Positions 37,076 to 47,077 of a DNA stretch of 64,000 nt are shown one piece after another. Within the stretch, counting starts at the first letter, position 1; every line of letters starts with the position of its first letter. The translations under genes and the position numbers were made by a program. Under the pieces are notes generated by a model. That model was given only the letters and a program-made list of their open reading frames with translations. It was not told the DNA's origin and did not search any database. Origin of the DNA: Acidobacteriota bacterium (GTDB taxonomy: Bacteria > Acidobacteriota > Vicinamibacteria > Marinacidobacterales > SMYC01); the NCBI GenBank assembly GCA_004356105.1, contig SMYC01000142.1, positions 11,041 through 75,040 of the forward strand, given 5' to 3'.

Positions 37076-38590
37076 TCACTCCGCGCGCTCGTAGACTTCG
37101 ATCACAGGGTTTGCTTTCGCGATGTTTCCGAGGATGTTCTCGAAGTCGAGGAGCATGGCTCTCGGTTGCGACTGATGCTGAAGTGCGAGGCCGTAGCCCG
37201 CGCGCCCCGCCGAGAGCTTCGTGAACAGCTTGCCTTCGCGGGTGCCCGGTGCGAAGCGCGCAGCATATTCGGGATTGATGACGAGATAGTCGGGTCGTGA
37301 GCGCTCGAGAACCGACTCCGTCGGTCGGAGCCTCTTGGCGTTCAAACCGTCGAAACGCGGGAGGTAATATTCCGGCCCCATGAAACCCACGACCTCGCCG
37401 GGCTTCATATGCTCCTCGAGCCAATGCTCGACCGTATAACGCGAATCGTTGAGCAGCAATATGTCGACCGAGGCCGCGTAGAGAAAAGAGTACGCGAGCA
37501 CGGCGACGATACCAGCTCGATACCAACCTTTTGAAAGACTCCATAGGGTGGCCAGCGCGTGGCCGGCGAAAAGAGACAGGATGAGCACGAGAGGCAAGCT
37601 GTAGCGCAGCCACGTGCTGCGCACCGGCGCGATGAAGAAGATGTAATAAGAAAGTGCGGCGAGCACGAGCCAAAGCGGGAGTGGGTCTCCGTCTCGTTTC
37701 ACGAAAGCGAGCCACAACCCGCCGATACTCGCGAGCGTCAGAGGCCAGCCGAGCCCGAACTGGATGTGGCGAAGCGTTTGGAAGAGCAGGTCAAGCTGGC
37801 TGAGACCGTCGGCTTGGAACGCGCTGTAGTGACTTTGCGCCCAGAGGATTTCTTCGAAGTGGTGGACGAAGCCCCAGAAATTCAAGACGACGTTGTGGAT
37901 AGTGAGAAAGAGGATGAAGGCTATCGCCGCCGCGAGCATCGGGCCGCGTTCTACGAGCTTGCCGGTGCGGCGGAAGCGGAGAAATAGGTACGCGCTCACG
38001 GGGAGCACGTAGAACGCATAGGCCTGGTCTTTGGTGCACATCGCCAAGACGGCAACCGACGCGAACAGCCACAGGTCGCGTTGTTCTCCGAGCTTCCAGT
38101 GGCGCACGAAAAAATACAGGGACAACAGCACCCAAAAGGAGAGCGGAACGTCGAGATTGGCGAACTTGGCGTAGTACACGAAAGGCACCGTCAAGGCTGC
38201 GGCGAGACTAGCGAGAACCGCGGAGCGCCGGTCGAAAATCTCGATACCGATGCGGTAGAGCGTCAGCAATATCCCGACGCCCATCGCAAGAGAAAGAGCG
38301 CGCCCTAGATAGTAGAGAAGGGTCCGTCCCTCGACGCTCTCGACGTCGATGGCGTCGGCGGCAAGGAGAGGGATATAGGACGCGGCCAAAAGGTAGTAGT
38401 GAAGTGGAGGATAGGCAGGCTGATGCCAGTCGCCCGAGAAACGCTCCTCGATCCCCAAGAGAATGACGGGCGGCTGTAGCTCGTCGGTAGCCCACGCGAA
38501 TCGCGACGGCAGGCCCCAAGACACCGCCGTGAGGTTGAGACCTAGACTCAATGCAATGACCGCGAGAAAGATCACCCGATCGCGGATCAT
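37076..38590 (-). CDS. GT-C fold (ArnT/PMT, family 39-like) membrane glycosyltransferase
   Basis: WATDE in the first loop, YPPLHYY, GRALS, YYAKFANLD, LAMCTK, about 11 TM segments; start moved to ATG 38590. Confidence 0.8.
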   Translation of the reverse strand: MIRDRVIFLAVIALSLGLNLTAVSWGLPSRFAWATDELQPPVILLGIEERFSGDWHQPAYPPLHYYLLAASYIPLLAADAIDVESVEGRTLLYYLGRALSLAMGVGILLTLYRIGIEIFDRRSAVLASLAAALTVPFVYYAKFANLDVPLSFWVLLSLYFFVRHWKLGEQRDLWLFASVAVLAMCTKDQAYAFYVLPVSAYLFLRFRRTGKLVERGPMLAAAIAFILFLTIHNVVLNFWGFVHHFEEILWAQSHYSAFQADGLSQLDLLFQTLRHIQFGLGWPLTLASIGGLWLAFVKRDGDPLPLWLVLAALSYYIFFIAPVRSTWLRYSLPLVLILSLFAGHALATLWSLSKGWYRAGIVAVLAYSFLYAASVDILLLNDSRYTVEHWLEEHMKPGEVVGFMGPEYYLPRFDGLNAKRLRPTESVLERSRPDYLVINPEYAARFAPGTREGKLFTKLSAGRAGYGLALQHQSQPRAMLLDFENILGNIAKANPVIEVYERAE

Positions 38591-38866
38591 GGCGGGGACG
38601 TTATCATAGCTTCGCCGCACGGCGCGGGTCTCGGATTCAAAAGCGCTGAACAAACGAGCCCGGATACCGCCTCTGAGATCGGCGGCTACCTGAGATCTCG
38701 TCCTCGTGAACCGCGCATGCTGGTTCCTCGACCAGGATGTCAGTTTCACCTAAAATACATCTACGCCTTGTCATCCTAAAGGATCTGGTGCTGCGGTCGA
38801 TTAGGACGCTAGATTCAAAAATTCAAACTCAACATCCGTTTTTCTATTTCATTCGAGGAAAATCTC

Positions 38867-39313
38867 ATGGCAGAAGCTCAACTATTCAAGCCGTTGTCCA
38901 AACGATCCTTCTCGTCGAGGACAGCCCGGAGGACAAAGAAGCCATCATTCGTGCCTTCCGCAAAGCGGGCGTCGACAACAGCATCCACTGGTGCCCCGAT
39001 GGAGACAGCGCTCTCGACTACTTGAATCATCGGGGAGAGTACGCCGACGCTAGCAAAGCTCCTCGACCGGGGATAGTTTTGCTCGACCTCAACTTGCCGG
39101 GAACGGATGGGGGCGAGGTGCTTCGGGAGATCAAAACGAGCCCTGATCTTCGATATCGGTATGCCAGGTGGCGATGGCCACACGGTGGCGCGGCGCTTAC
39201 GTGACAACGTCAAGACGTGCAACGTACCGATCATCGCCCTCACGGCGAGAACGGCAGGGAGCGATCGGATCAAGGCGAAGGAGAACGGTGTCGTGAAATA
39301 TTTTACCAAACCG
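38867..39313 (+). pseudogene. Chimeric, out-of-frame response-regulator remnant (two different receiver halves)
   Basis: Frame A: TILLVEDSPED...IVLLDLNLPGTDG.EVLREIK, ending near 39151; frame B from 39143: LIFDIGMPGGDG...PIIALTA...KYFTKP; the RBS-linked ATG at 38867 is out of frame with fragment A. Confidence 0.7.
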
Positions 39314-39414
39314 ACCAACCAGCCCTGCGGCGGGAAGTCTCGGGCTTTCCAGCGCGCCCGTGCGTCTAGAGCGCTCGCGTCAAGCCAGGCATGGAAAATT
39401 AGCTCGTTGCCGGC

Positions 39415-39441
39415 TAAAGCCTTGGGCGATCTTACCGATAA
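39415..39441 (+). promoter_or_regulatory. Sigma28 (FliA/SigD) promoter TAAA-N15-ACCGATAA
   Basis: 11/12 match to TAAA-N15-GCCGATAA with exact spacing, upstream of cheA. Confidence 0.7.
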
Positions 39442-39632
39442 CTATTCTAGACTTTGTCCAATCCATCGTGAACAAACATGAAGAAACTCACGAAGCCCAA
39501 CGACGTGACCCTGCTGCGACGGCTAGCGCCGCAAGCTCTATCCACGATGTCCGGGCACAGTAATTTGCCGGTTGCCCGGGTCCAGTCCGAGCTAGACATC
39601 CATGGGGTCGCACCGGAGCAGGAGTTGCACGC

Positions 39633-41936
39633 ATGAACGACATGGACGAAGTGGTCAAGGAATTTCTGATCGAAAGCTACGAGAACCTTGACCAATTGGA
39701 TCGCGACTTGCTCGCTCTCGAGACAGACCCTTCTCACAAGGAGACTCTGGCCAGCGTCTTCAGGACGATTCATACGATCAAAGGCACTTGCGGGTTTCTG
39801 GGATTCTCGAAGCTGGAATCACTGAGCCACGTGGGTGAGAGTCTGCTGAGTCGACTCCGGGATGGCGAGCTCTTGCTGAATACCGAGATCACCAACGGTT
39901 TGTTGGCAATGGTGGACGCCGTGCGGGAAATGTTGGGCAAGATCGAATCCACGGAAGTCGAGGGTGACGGAGATTACCAATCACTGATAGAGCGACTGAC
40001 GAAGCTCCAGGAAGGCGAGGCGCCTGAGGCCGTGACGCCACCCGAGGCCACGGTGCCACCCGAGGCCACGGTGCCACCCGAGACCACGGCCCCATCCGAA
40101 TCGGTGGCGGAGCCTGGCACCGGAGGAAACGGCCCGCGTCGGATTGGCGAGTCCCCATTCGGGGAAAGAAAGCCCCGGGATGTCGTGGAACCCGCCGAAG
40201 TCCAAGCGGTCTCTGGGGGGCACGGCATATCGGAGAGTAACGTCCGAGTCGACGTTGAAATCTTGGACAGACTCATGAACCTGGTAGGGGAGCTGGTGCT
40301 GGCACGCAATCAGATTCTCCAGCTCAGCATGGACCAGGAGGACGCGCGTTACCAAGCGACTTCGCAGCAGCTGAATCTGCTTACCACCGAGCTTCAGGAA
40401 GGGGTCATGAAGACCCGCATGCAGCCTATCGGGAACGTGTGGGGGAAATTCCGCCGGATCGTCAGAGATCTGTCGATGGCTTGCGGCAAGAAGATTCGCC
40501 TCGAGATGGAAGGCGGGGAGACGGAAATCGACAAGACCATCATCGAGGCCATCAAGGATCCTCTCACCCACATCGTTCGGAACTCGGTCGATCATGGCAT
40601 CGAGACTCCCGACGCCCGTATAGCCGCCGGTAAGTCCCCGGAAGGGCACCTATACCTTCGCGCCTTCCACGAAGGCGGTCAAGTCAACATCGAGATTGCC
40701 GATGACGGCGCCGGCATCAATTTCGATCGAGTCAAAGAAAAGGCTATCCAGAACGGCATCACCACTCCCGAACAGGCCGCCCGCATGAGTGAGCGTGAGC
40801 TGGCCAACTTGGTCTTTCTTCCGGGGTTGTCCACGGCCAAGAAGGTGACGAACGTTTCCGGCCGAGGTGTGGGCATGGACGTCGTTAAAACCAACGTCGA
40901 GAAGATTGGTGGCACGATTGACATCCAAAGCAAGCTCGGGGAGGGGACGAAGCTCAAGATCAAGATTCCTCTCACCTTGGCGATCATTCCTGCTCTGACG
41001 ATAGGGAGCGGAGGGGACCGGTACGCCATACCACAAGTGAGCTTGGTGGAGCTCCTGCGGATTGACGGCGAGCAGGGTCGCAACCGCGTCGAGATGGTTC
41101 AAGGCGCTCCGGTCTATCGCTTGCGCGGCAAGCTGCTGCCGCTGGTCTACCTCAGCCAGATATTGGGAAAAAGCAATGGAGACGGCCAGCCGCAGAAAGG
41201 CAAAGTCGTCAACATCGTCGTTCTGCAGGCCGAAGGACGTCAGTTCGGTCTGGTTGTAGAAAATATTCGCGACACCGAAGAAATCGTCGTCAAACCGCTC
41301 GGCAACCTGTTGACGGGCCTGACGGTATATTCCGGCGCCACGATTATGGGCGACGGCACGGTGGCCCTGATCCTGGACGTTTTGGGCCTGGCCCAGCGCA
41401 GCCATGTGCTCTCCGAGGTTAGCGAACGCCGTTTGGCCCGTACCGATACCGAAACGGCGGCCGATGAAAGCGACCATCGCGCGCTGCTTGTCTTCGAGCT
41501 CGGCAAGGGCAGCCGGATGGCCATGCCGCTTTCGGCGGTTAGGAGGCTCGAGGAGATTCCCAAATCCAAGATCGAGCACACCACCGAGCACGACGTTGTG
41601 CAGTACAGAGGAGAGATCATGCCTCTGGTTTGGCTTTCCGACGTCTTGGGCCTGGGGAGGGATGAGACGGCCGAGGCGTCCGACGTGCTGCAAGTCGTCG
41701 TCTATTCCGAGAACGACCGCAGCGTCGGGCTTGTCGTGGCGCAAATCCTGGACGTCGTCAAGCAATCCATCACGGTCCAACGTGATTCCCAACGCGATGG
41801 CGTGTTGGGCTCGGTCGTCATCCAGGATCAAGTGACGGAGTTGCTCGATCTGGGCCGCATCATCCGTATGACCGGCTTGGGATTTTTAGATTCTGAGGTT
41901 TCTGAGCGGCCGCTCGCTGCCGCGGTAGGAGCGTAG
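39633..41936 (+). CDS. cheA: Chemotaxis histidine kinase CheA (HPt, dimerisation, HATPase, two CheW domains)
   Basis: FRTIHTIKG, LDRLMNLVGELV, HIVRNSVDHG, DDGAG, SGRGVGMDVV, IPLTLAII, EEIVVKPL; second CheW-like domain at the C-terminus. Confidence 0.95.
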   Translation: MNDMDEVVKEFLIESYENLDQLDRDLLALETDPSHKETLASVFRTIHTIKGTCGFLGFSKLESLSHVGESLLSRLRDGELLLNTEITNGLLAMVDAVREMLGKIESTEVEGDGDYQSLIERLTKLQEGEAPEAVTPPEATVPPEATVPPETTAPSESVAEPGTGGNGPRRIGESPFGERKPRDVVEPAEVQAVSGGHGISESNVRVDVEILDRLMNLVGELVLARNQILQLSMDQEDARYQATSQQLNLLTTELQEGVMKTRMQPIGNVWGKFRRIVRDLSMACGKKIRLEMEGGETEIDKTIIEAIKDPLTHIVRNSVDHGIETPDARIAAGKSPEGHLYLRAFHEGGQVNIEIADDGAGINFDRVKEKAIQNGITTPEQAARMSERELANLVFLPGLSTAKKVTNVSGRGVGMDVVKTNVEKIGGTIDIQSKLGEGTKLKIKIPLTLAIIPALTIGSGGDRYAIPQVSLVELLRIDGEQGRNRVEMVQGAPVYRLRGKLLPLVYLSQILGKSNGDGQPQKGKVVNIVVLQAEGRQFGLVVENIRDTEEIVVKPLGNLLTGLTVYSGATIMGDGTVALILDVLGLAQRSHVLSEVSERRLARTDTETAADESDHRALLVFELGKGSRMAMPLSAVRRLEEIPKSKIEHTTEHDVVQYRGEIMPLVWLSDVLGLGRDETAEASDVLQVVVYSENDRSVGLVVAQILDVVKQSITVQRDSQRDGVLGSVVIQDQVTELLDLGRIIRMTGLGFLDSEVSERPLAAAVGA
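40023..40094 (+). repeat. 18-bp coding tandem repeat (about 4 units, PEATVP) in the CheA linker
   Basis: CCCGAGGCCACGGTGCCA twice exactly plus two degenerate units. Confidence 0.85.
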
Positions 41937-41939
41937 GCG

Positions 41940-42434
41940 ATGGCGGTGCAACAGTTTTGCACGTTTTTCTTGGACGATCATTGCTTTGGCGTGGAAGTCG
42001 AAAAGGTTCAAGAAGTTCTTCGCCCCCAGAAGATGACTCAAATACCTCTGGCACCCTCGACGGTCAAGGGCTTGATCAACCTCCGCGGCCAAATCGTCGT
42101 GGCCATCGACCTGCGCCAGTGTCTGGATTTCGATGAGCGGGAGGGGGCCTTGTCCGCGAACGTCGTGCTTCGGACCGATGACGGCGCCGTCAGCCTGTTG
42201 GTCGATCGGATTGGCGATGTGATGGAAACGACTGAAGACAGCTTCGAGGAGGCGCCTGAAACCCTGACTGGCGCTGCTGCCGACTTGGTTCACGGCGTTC
42301 ACAAGTTGGAAGACAAGCTCATGCTCGTTCTGGATACGGAAAAAACGATCCGTCAAGCCGGAGTGCAGGGCGCTGTATCGAATAGCGAAGGAACCGATGT
42401 TCTGGCAGAGCCCACGTCATCTCGTGGGGAATAG
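41940..42434 (+). CDS. cheW: Chemotaxis coupling protein CheW
   Basis: FCTFFLD, VQEVL, VKGLINLRGQIV, LLVDRIGDV, LMLVLD. Confidence 0.95.
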   Translation: MAVQQFCTFFLDDHCFGVEVEKVQEVLRPQKMTQIPLAPSTVKGLINLRGQIVVAIDLRQCLDFDEREGALSANVVLRTDDGAVSLLVDRIGDVMETTEDSFEEAPETLTGAAADLVHGVHKLEDKLMLVLDTEKTIRQAGVQGAVSNSEGTDVLAEPTSSRGE

Positions 42435-42447
42435 AAGGAAGTCGAAG

Positions 42448-42639
42448 ATGCCATCAACCTTGAGGAATAAGCTCGGAATGACCGTGGCTGTTCTAGCCGT
42501 CTCGACATTTGTGGCGGCAAAAAGCTCGTCGAACGGTGACAACGAAAAACTAGCGCTCGAAATGGCCACCTTGTTTCGATCCGCCCGTGCCGTGCTGAAC
42601 GAGCTGGGCGGAGCCATCAGCGTCGTGATTTACGGGTAG
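42448..42639 (+). pseudogene. Internally deleted DUF3365 (Tll0287-like) exported protein remnant
   Basis: Signal peptide plus [16 protein letters not shown] joined in frame to [12 protein letters not shown], which resemble the N- and C-terminal ends of that family. Confidence 0.5.
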
Positions 42640-42659
42640 CCGCTCCACAGGAGACCAGA

Positions 42660-44279
42660 ATGAACAACATGCGGATTTCAGTCAAATTGCTCAGCATGGC
42701 TGCTGCGGTCCTGCTACCCGTGGTTGGGTCTCTGCTGTACGTTTCCTACGAGCTCTCGCTCGCGAACGCGGTGGTCGAGAATCAGGTGAAGACTTTATCC
42801 CGCCTGGACACGACTAACGCTGCCGCCAAGGAATTTGTCTTGCTCCGTTCTTGGCTGTCTGACCTTGCCGTGAGCCTTCTGAGCGAATCTGAAGTACAGG
42901 CTACGGCGACGGAGGCCCGGCTCGACGAGCTCCTTGCTGAGCTAGAGGTGACCGACCCGCGGTCGGTGAGCTCGCTGCGTCCTCAGATCAAACAGTATTT
43001 CGAGACGATGTTAACGGCCGCGGACGCCTATGCGGACGACAATCGAGTGCTTGGAAACTCTCTAGTGGCGCAGACGCGCGTGCTTGCCATGGCCGTAGAT
43101 GCCGAGTTCGACGAGCTTCTCTCGAGTGCCTCCACCAGCGCCAATGAGGCTGGCGAGACATTGATCCGTGCCAACTCGAGTCTGCGGCTCCTGTGCTTTC
43201 TTCTGATTCCGTTCTCAACGCTTCTCGGAGGCATCGTCGCCTGGTGGTTCTCGCGAAAAATCACTAAACCAATCAACATCATGCTCGATACGATCGCCAG
43301 GGTGGATCGCGACTCCGACCTGGGAGCACGGATCGACCTCGAGTCCACTGACGAGATCGGCAAAACGGCTGCATCCTTCAACCGCTTGATCGCGAGGTTC
43401 GAAAGTGTCTTTACCCCCATCGGGGAAAATGCGCAATCCCTCGCCGCATCTGCCGAAAAGCTGACTCTGGATAGCCAGCAGATGGCTTCCTTTGTCGAGG
43501 AAGCGTCCGGTCAAGCCAACGTGGTCGCGGCCACGGGCGAGCAGGTTTCTCAGCACGTCCAGTCGGTCGCCACCGGTATCGAGGAGCTCAGCGCTGCTGG
43601 GAGCGAGATCGCTCGGCAAGTCGCGGAAGCCGCGGCGGTGTCCGACGATGCGGTGAGGGCGGCAGAAAAAACGAATGCCACCGTCACGAAGCTCGGAGAG
43701 AGTAGCGCGGAGATCGGCAACGTCGTCAAAGCGATCAACTCGATTGCTGAACAGACGAATCTGCTAGCCCTCAACGCCACCATCGAAGCCGCGCGAGCAG
43801 GCGAGGCCGGTAAAGGCTTTGCCGTAGTCGCGAACGAGGTGAAAGAGCTGGCCAAGGAAACAGCTCTGGCGACGGAAGACATCAGCCGGAAGATCGAGAT
43901 CATTCAAGCCGATACAAAGGGAGCCGTCGACGCGATTCGTGGCATTGGCAAGATCATCGCGGAGATCAACGAGATCCAGACGACCGTGGCGGCAGCGGTC
44001 GAGGAACAGACGGCAACCACGGCCGAGATCTCCCGAAGTGTGAACAGCGCCAACACCGGAACCGTCGAAATTGCCAAGAACATCAACGGGGTCGCGCGCG
44101 CGGCGCAGGCTTCGACGGCCAGTGTGTCCAACAACCTCGAATCTGCCCGGGCCCTGATGCACATGGCGGAAGAGCTCCGCAAGTGTGTGGGAGAGTTCAA
44201 CGCGGGCAGCGGGGCGCAAAAGCACAGCGGCAATGGCGCTGCGTCCGGACAGGGATCGAGCGCGGCAGCTCTGCACTAG
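42660..44279 (+). CDS. Methyl-accepting chemotaxis protein (TM-helical bundle-TM-HAMP-MA)
   Basis: [15 protein letters not shown]; [37 protein letters not shown]. Confidence 0.95.
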   Translation: MNNMRISVKLLSMAAAVLLPVVGSLLYVSYELSLANAVVENQVKTLSRLDTTNAAAKEFVLLRSWLSDLAVSLLSESEVQATATEARLDELLAELEVTDPRSVSSLRPQIKQYFETMLTAADAYADDNRVLGNSLVAQTRVLAMAVDAEFDELLSSASTSANEAGETLIRANSSLRLLCFLLIPFSTLLGGIVAWWFSRKITKPINIMLDTIARVDRDSDLGARIDLESTDEIGKTAASFNRLIARFESVFTPIGENAQSLAASAEKLTLDSQQMASFVEEASGQANVVAATGEQVSQHVQSVATGIEELSAAGSEIARQVAEAAAVSDDAVRAAEKTNATVTKLGESSAEIGNVVKAINSIAEQTNLLALNATIEAARAGEAGKGFAVVANEVKELAKETALATEDISRKIEIIQADTKGAVDAIRGIGKIIAEINEIQTTVAAAVEEQTATTAEISRSVNSANTGTVEIAKNINGVARAAQASTASVSNNLESARALMHMAEELRKCVGEFNAGSGAQKHSGNGAASGQGSSAAALH

Positions 44280-44294
44280 CAGGCTCTGCCTGAA

Positions 44295-44557
44295 TTTTTT
44301 GGTGTGTACTACACCGACTGGATGACGCTCGAGGGCTCCCAGCTGGAGAGCTATTGGCTCCTGCGTCGGAATTCTTTGGTGGTCGACGCGGTTCACACCC
44401 TTGGTGTGCGATTCGAACACAAAGGAAGCTCTTGGGATTCCAATCTCGAAGTTTCAGGTCAGCTCGGCGATTTCCAGGGAATGCAACATATGTCAGCGAG
44501 ACCGGAGCGGACGAGAATGCCGACTATCTGTTCTTTCAGACGAAGTTGACGTTCTGA
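44295..44557 (+). pseudogene. Remnant of an alginate-export-type outer-membrane beta-barrel gene
   Basis: FGVYYT...LESYWL...VHTLGVRF...WDSNLEVSGQLGD in one frame; TGADENADYLFFQTKLTF* (terminal Phe) in another; no start or signal peptide. Confidence 0.55.
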
Positions 44558-44573
44558 TTCGAACCGGTCCGCC

Positions 44574-46637
44574 CTACTCGTCTACTTCGATGCGGGAGTT
44601 GTCGCGGAGCGCTTGTAATGCGGCCACGAGATTCCAGTCGATAGCACCGTCGACGAGTAGGAGCGAAGGCCGGGTTCCGAGAGAAGGAAACAGCGCGAGC
44701 CAACGCTGCTTCGCCGAAACGGCCGCCGCGTCGCAGATGTGGGAAGCGTCCGTATAGTCATAGGCGAAGTCGTCGAAGCCGGGAAGCGCTCGCAGCGAGC
44801 GCCCGGCCGCGTGGCGTACGGCTGGATACGGGTCGTTCAGGACTTGGCTGAGATAGGCTGCCTGCCAGGTATCGCCGCTCGCTTCGAGCGCCGGCTTCCA
44901 GCTCATGTGCCATGCTAGGACGGCGCGCTCGAGGCCGTTGCCTTTGATGAGCCACAGGATGGAGGCCGCGATGTCGCGCTCCTCCTCGGTGAGCTCGACC
45001 ACCGGTTGACCGTACCACGCGGTCAACCAATCCGAAGCGTCGCCTAGGGATGTGTCGAGGTGGCACAGGTTGCAGGCGTTGGGACGGCCTGTGCTCGCGG
45101 AGACCGCCACGCTCGGGCTGTCGATACGATGCGCTCGCATGGCGCCGAGAAGCCCCCACGTCGTATGGGGCATATGGCAGTTGTAACATTGGCTTCCGGA
45201 GGATTCCGGGGCGTGATGCGTGTGGGCGGTCAGGTCCGTGCCCAGCTCCTGGTGGCAGCTCAGACAAGCATCGTTGCCGCGCGCCTCCGGACGCAGCTGG
45301 TCGTCGGGCTCGGCCGCGTGCATGGAATGGCATGACAGGCACGACATCTTGCCTCGGATGAAGCAGGCCGACTCCACCAGCCCGTTATAGTCGCGCCCGG
45401 CAATGAGGATAGTCCCATCCGGCCAGAAGCTGTCGCGGAACAAGCCTTGGTTGTCCTCGAGGGCTTCTTGGATCCAGTCCGGGTAGGGCGGCTCGCCGTA
45501 GCGGCGGAGGACATGGGCGTATGGCTCGATTGGGTCTCCCGGGCGGAAGGCTTCGACTCCCGGATCCTTGTCGATGAGCTCCGCGTGGCACTGGGCGCAA
45601 ATCGCGCTCGCGAGCTTGGGGCTCAGCTTGGCCGGGTTCACGATATCGTCCTCGGACGCGTTCGCCGTGAGGTGGCGTCGATAGCGCTCGAGCGGGTTTC
45701 GAAGGCGCGCCACGTGGCGCGCGGCGGGGCCGTGGCATTCCTCACAGGCGATACCGAGCTCGACCGCTTCCGAGAAACCGCGCTGAGCATCGCCGTCCCA
45801 CCTATAGTCTGCGTAAGTCGCGTGACAGCCGTCGCATTTGTCGTCCCAATTATTGCCGTAGGGCTCCACCGAATGCTCTCGGGGGCCGGGTTGGAGATAG
45901 GTCAGTCCATCGAATACCCAACGTTGCTCGCGGATGAACCAGGTAAAGGGGAACATCGTGAGCCGGCCGGGAAACTGGAGACGTTCCACGTAGCGGACGA
46001 TGCGCGCGACGTCCTCGCTCCCGAGCTCCTCCAAAATCTCGAGATGCGTCTCGTCATCGGGTCCCAAAAACTGAACCACGTTCGTTCCGAGACCGGCGGC
46101 GAGGAGGGACCTCTCGCCATCCTCGAGACCCAGACCCCCGGGACCGTGACAGGCCGCACAATGCTTCTCGAAGCGATCTCGTCCTTGCGTTTCCGGGGGC
46201 TCGTCGAGCCAGGGCGCCGGCATCCAATAGGACTGCATGTGATGCGAGCCCGTCGTTTGCACGACGGGGAGGAGAACGCGGTCCTCGAGCGCTTCTCCTT
46301 TCGTAGCCATGCGAGGCATGTCCACGAAAAATCGATTGCCTTCGCGCCGCAGATGGTACGTGCGTCCCTCGCGGGACAAGCTCACGCCGTCCCACGCTTG
46401 GTGTATCGCGTCGGGCGTTGCAACCTGCGTCATCGTTCTGTGATAAGTGCGATACCAGCTCGCATATTGATCGGGATGGCAGGAACGACAGGTGCGGGAC
46501 GACGCGAAGGCACTCTGCGGCACGGCGGTCTTGTCCCGGGGCAAGTACAAGTCTTCGGAGGTGGTCGTGACGAATCCCAGCACGCTTCCGAAGGCGACGA
46601 GGACGCCCAGCACCATGAATACCGTCCCGAGTTTCAT
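44574..46637 (-). CDS. Membrane-anchored/exported multiheme c-type cytochrome (9 CxxCH) with a HEAT-like tail
   Basis: CRSCH, CAACH, CDGCH, CEECH, CAQCH, CLSCH x2, CYNCH, CNLCH; LNDPYPAVR HEAT-like motif. Confidence 0.9.
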   Translation of the reverse strand: MKLGTVFMVLGVLVAFGSVLGFVTTTSEDLYLPRDKTAVPQSAFASSRTCRSCHPDQYASWYRTYHRTMTQVATPDAIHQAWDGVSLSREGRTYHLRREGNRFFVDMPRMATKGEALEDRVLLPVVQTTGSHHMQSYWMPAPWLDEPPETQGRDRFEKHCAACHGPGGLGLEDGERSLLAAGLGTNVVQFLGPDDETHLEILEELGSEDVARIVRYVERLQFPGRLTMFPFTWFIREQRWVFDGLTYLQPGPREHSVEPYGNNWDDKCDGCHATYADYRWDGDAQRGFSEAVELGIACEECHGPAARHVARLRNPLERYRRHLTANASEDDIVNPAKLSPKLASAICAQCHAELIDKDPGVEAFRPGDPIEPYAHVLRRYGEPPYPDWIQEALEDNQGLFRDSFWPDGTILIAGRDYNGLVESACFIRGKMSCLSCHSMHAAEPDDQLRPEARGNDACLSCHQELGTDLTAHTHHAPESSGSQCYNCHMPHTTWGLLGAMRAHRIDSPSVAVSASTGRPNACNLCHLDTSLGDASDWLTAWYGQPVVELTEEERDIAASILWLIKGNGLERAVLAWHMSWKPALEASGDTWQAAYLSQVLNDPYPAVRHAAGRSLRALPGFDDFAYDYTDASHICDAAAVSAKQRWLALFPSLGTRPSLLLVDGAIDWNLVAALQALRDNSRIEVDE

Positions 46638-47077
46638 TGTTGGTCACGTGGTGGTTTCAGCGCGTAAACGACGATGGCGGCCGCGACGATCAATGAGACG
46701 GCCCCGATAGGGACGAGCAGCACGCCGAGTCCAGGGTCGCCTCCGTAGGTCACGACCCCACCTAGAAAAAAACCAATAGGAAGCAACACGCCTGCCGCTA
46801 CGAGGGCGTGTGATGCGACGCCAAGGGCGTCGCCCGGTCGATCGATCCGCTCCAGGGTCACGGCGAAGGCCAAGTGCACAATACCGATGAGCGTGCCGTG
46901 GGTGTGCGCCAGCGTCCACATGAGCCGTCTCGTCTCCATTCCGACATCGAGATAAAAGCCGGCTTTGAGCCCATGAAGGCCCTCGAGCACGAGCCCGAGC
47001 GTAGCGAACAGCAAGAGCCAGACCCAGCCAAGCTTCAAGTGCAGCCAGATCCGGCGCGAGTTTGGAGACGCGTTCAT
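46634..47077 (-). CDS. Four-TM membrane protein with His motifs (LEGLHG, LAHTHG), coupled to the cytochrome
   Basis: Hydrophobic segments; the stop overlaps the cytochrome ATG (ATGA); start moved to ATG 47077. Confidence 0.75.
   Translation of the reverse strand: MNASPNSRRIWLHLKLGWVWLLLFATLGLVLEGLHGLKAGFYLDVGMETRRLMWTLAHTHGTLIGIVHLAFAVTLERIDRPGDALGVASHALVAAGVLLPIGFFLGGVVTYGGDPGLGVLLVPIGAVSLIVAAAIVVYALKPPRDQQ

Noticed and set aside
39478-39636. About 52-codon ORF between the sigma28 promoter and cheA (MKKLTKPND...)
   Set aside because: No clear RBS or family motif; may be chance or another remnant
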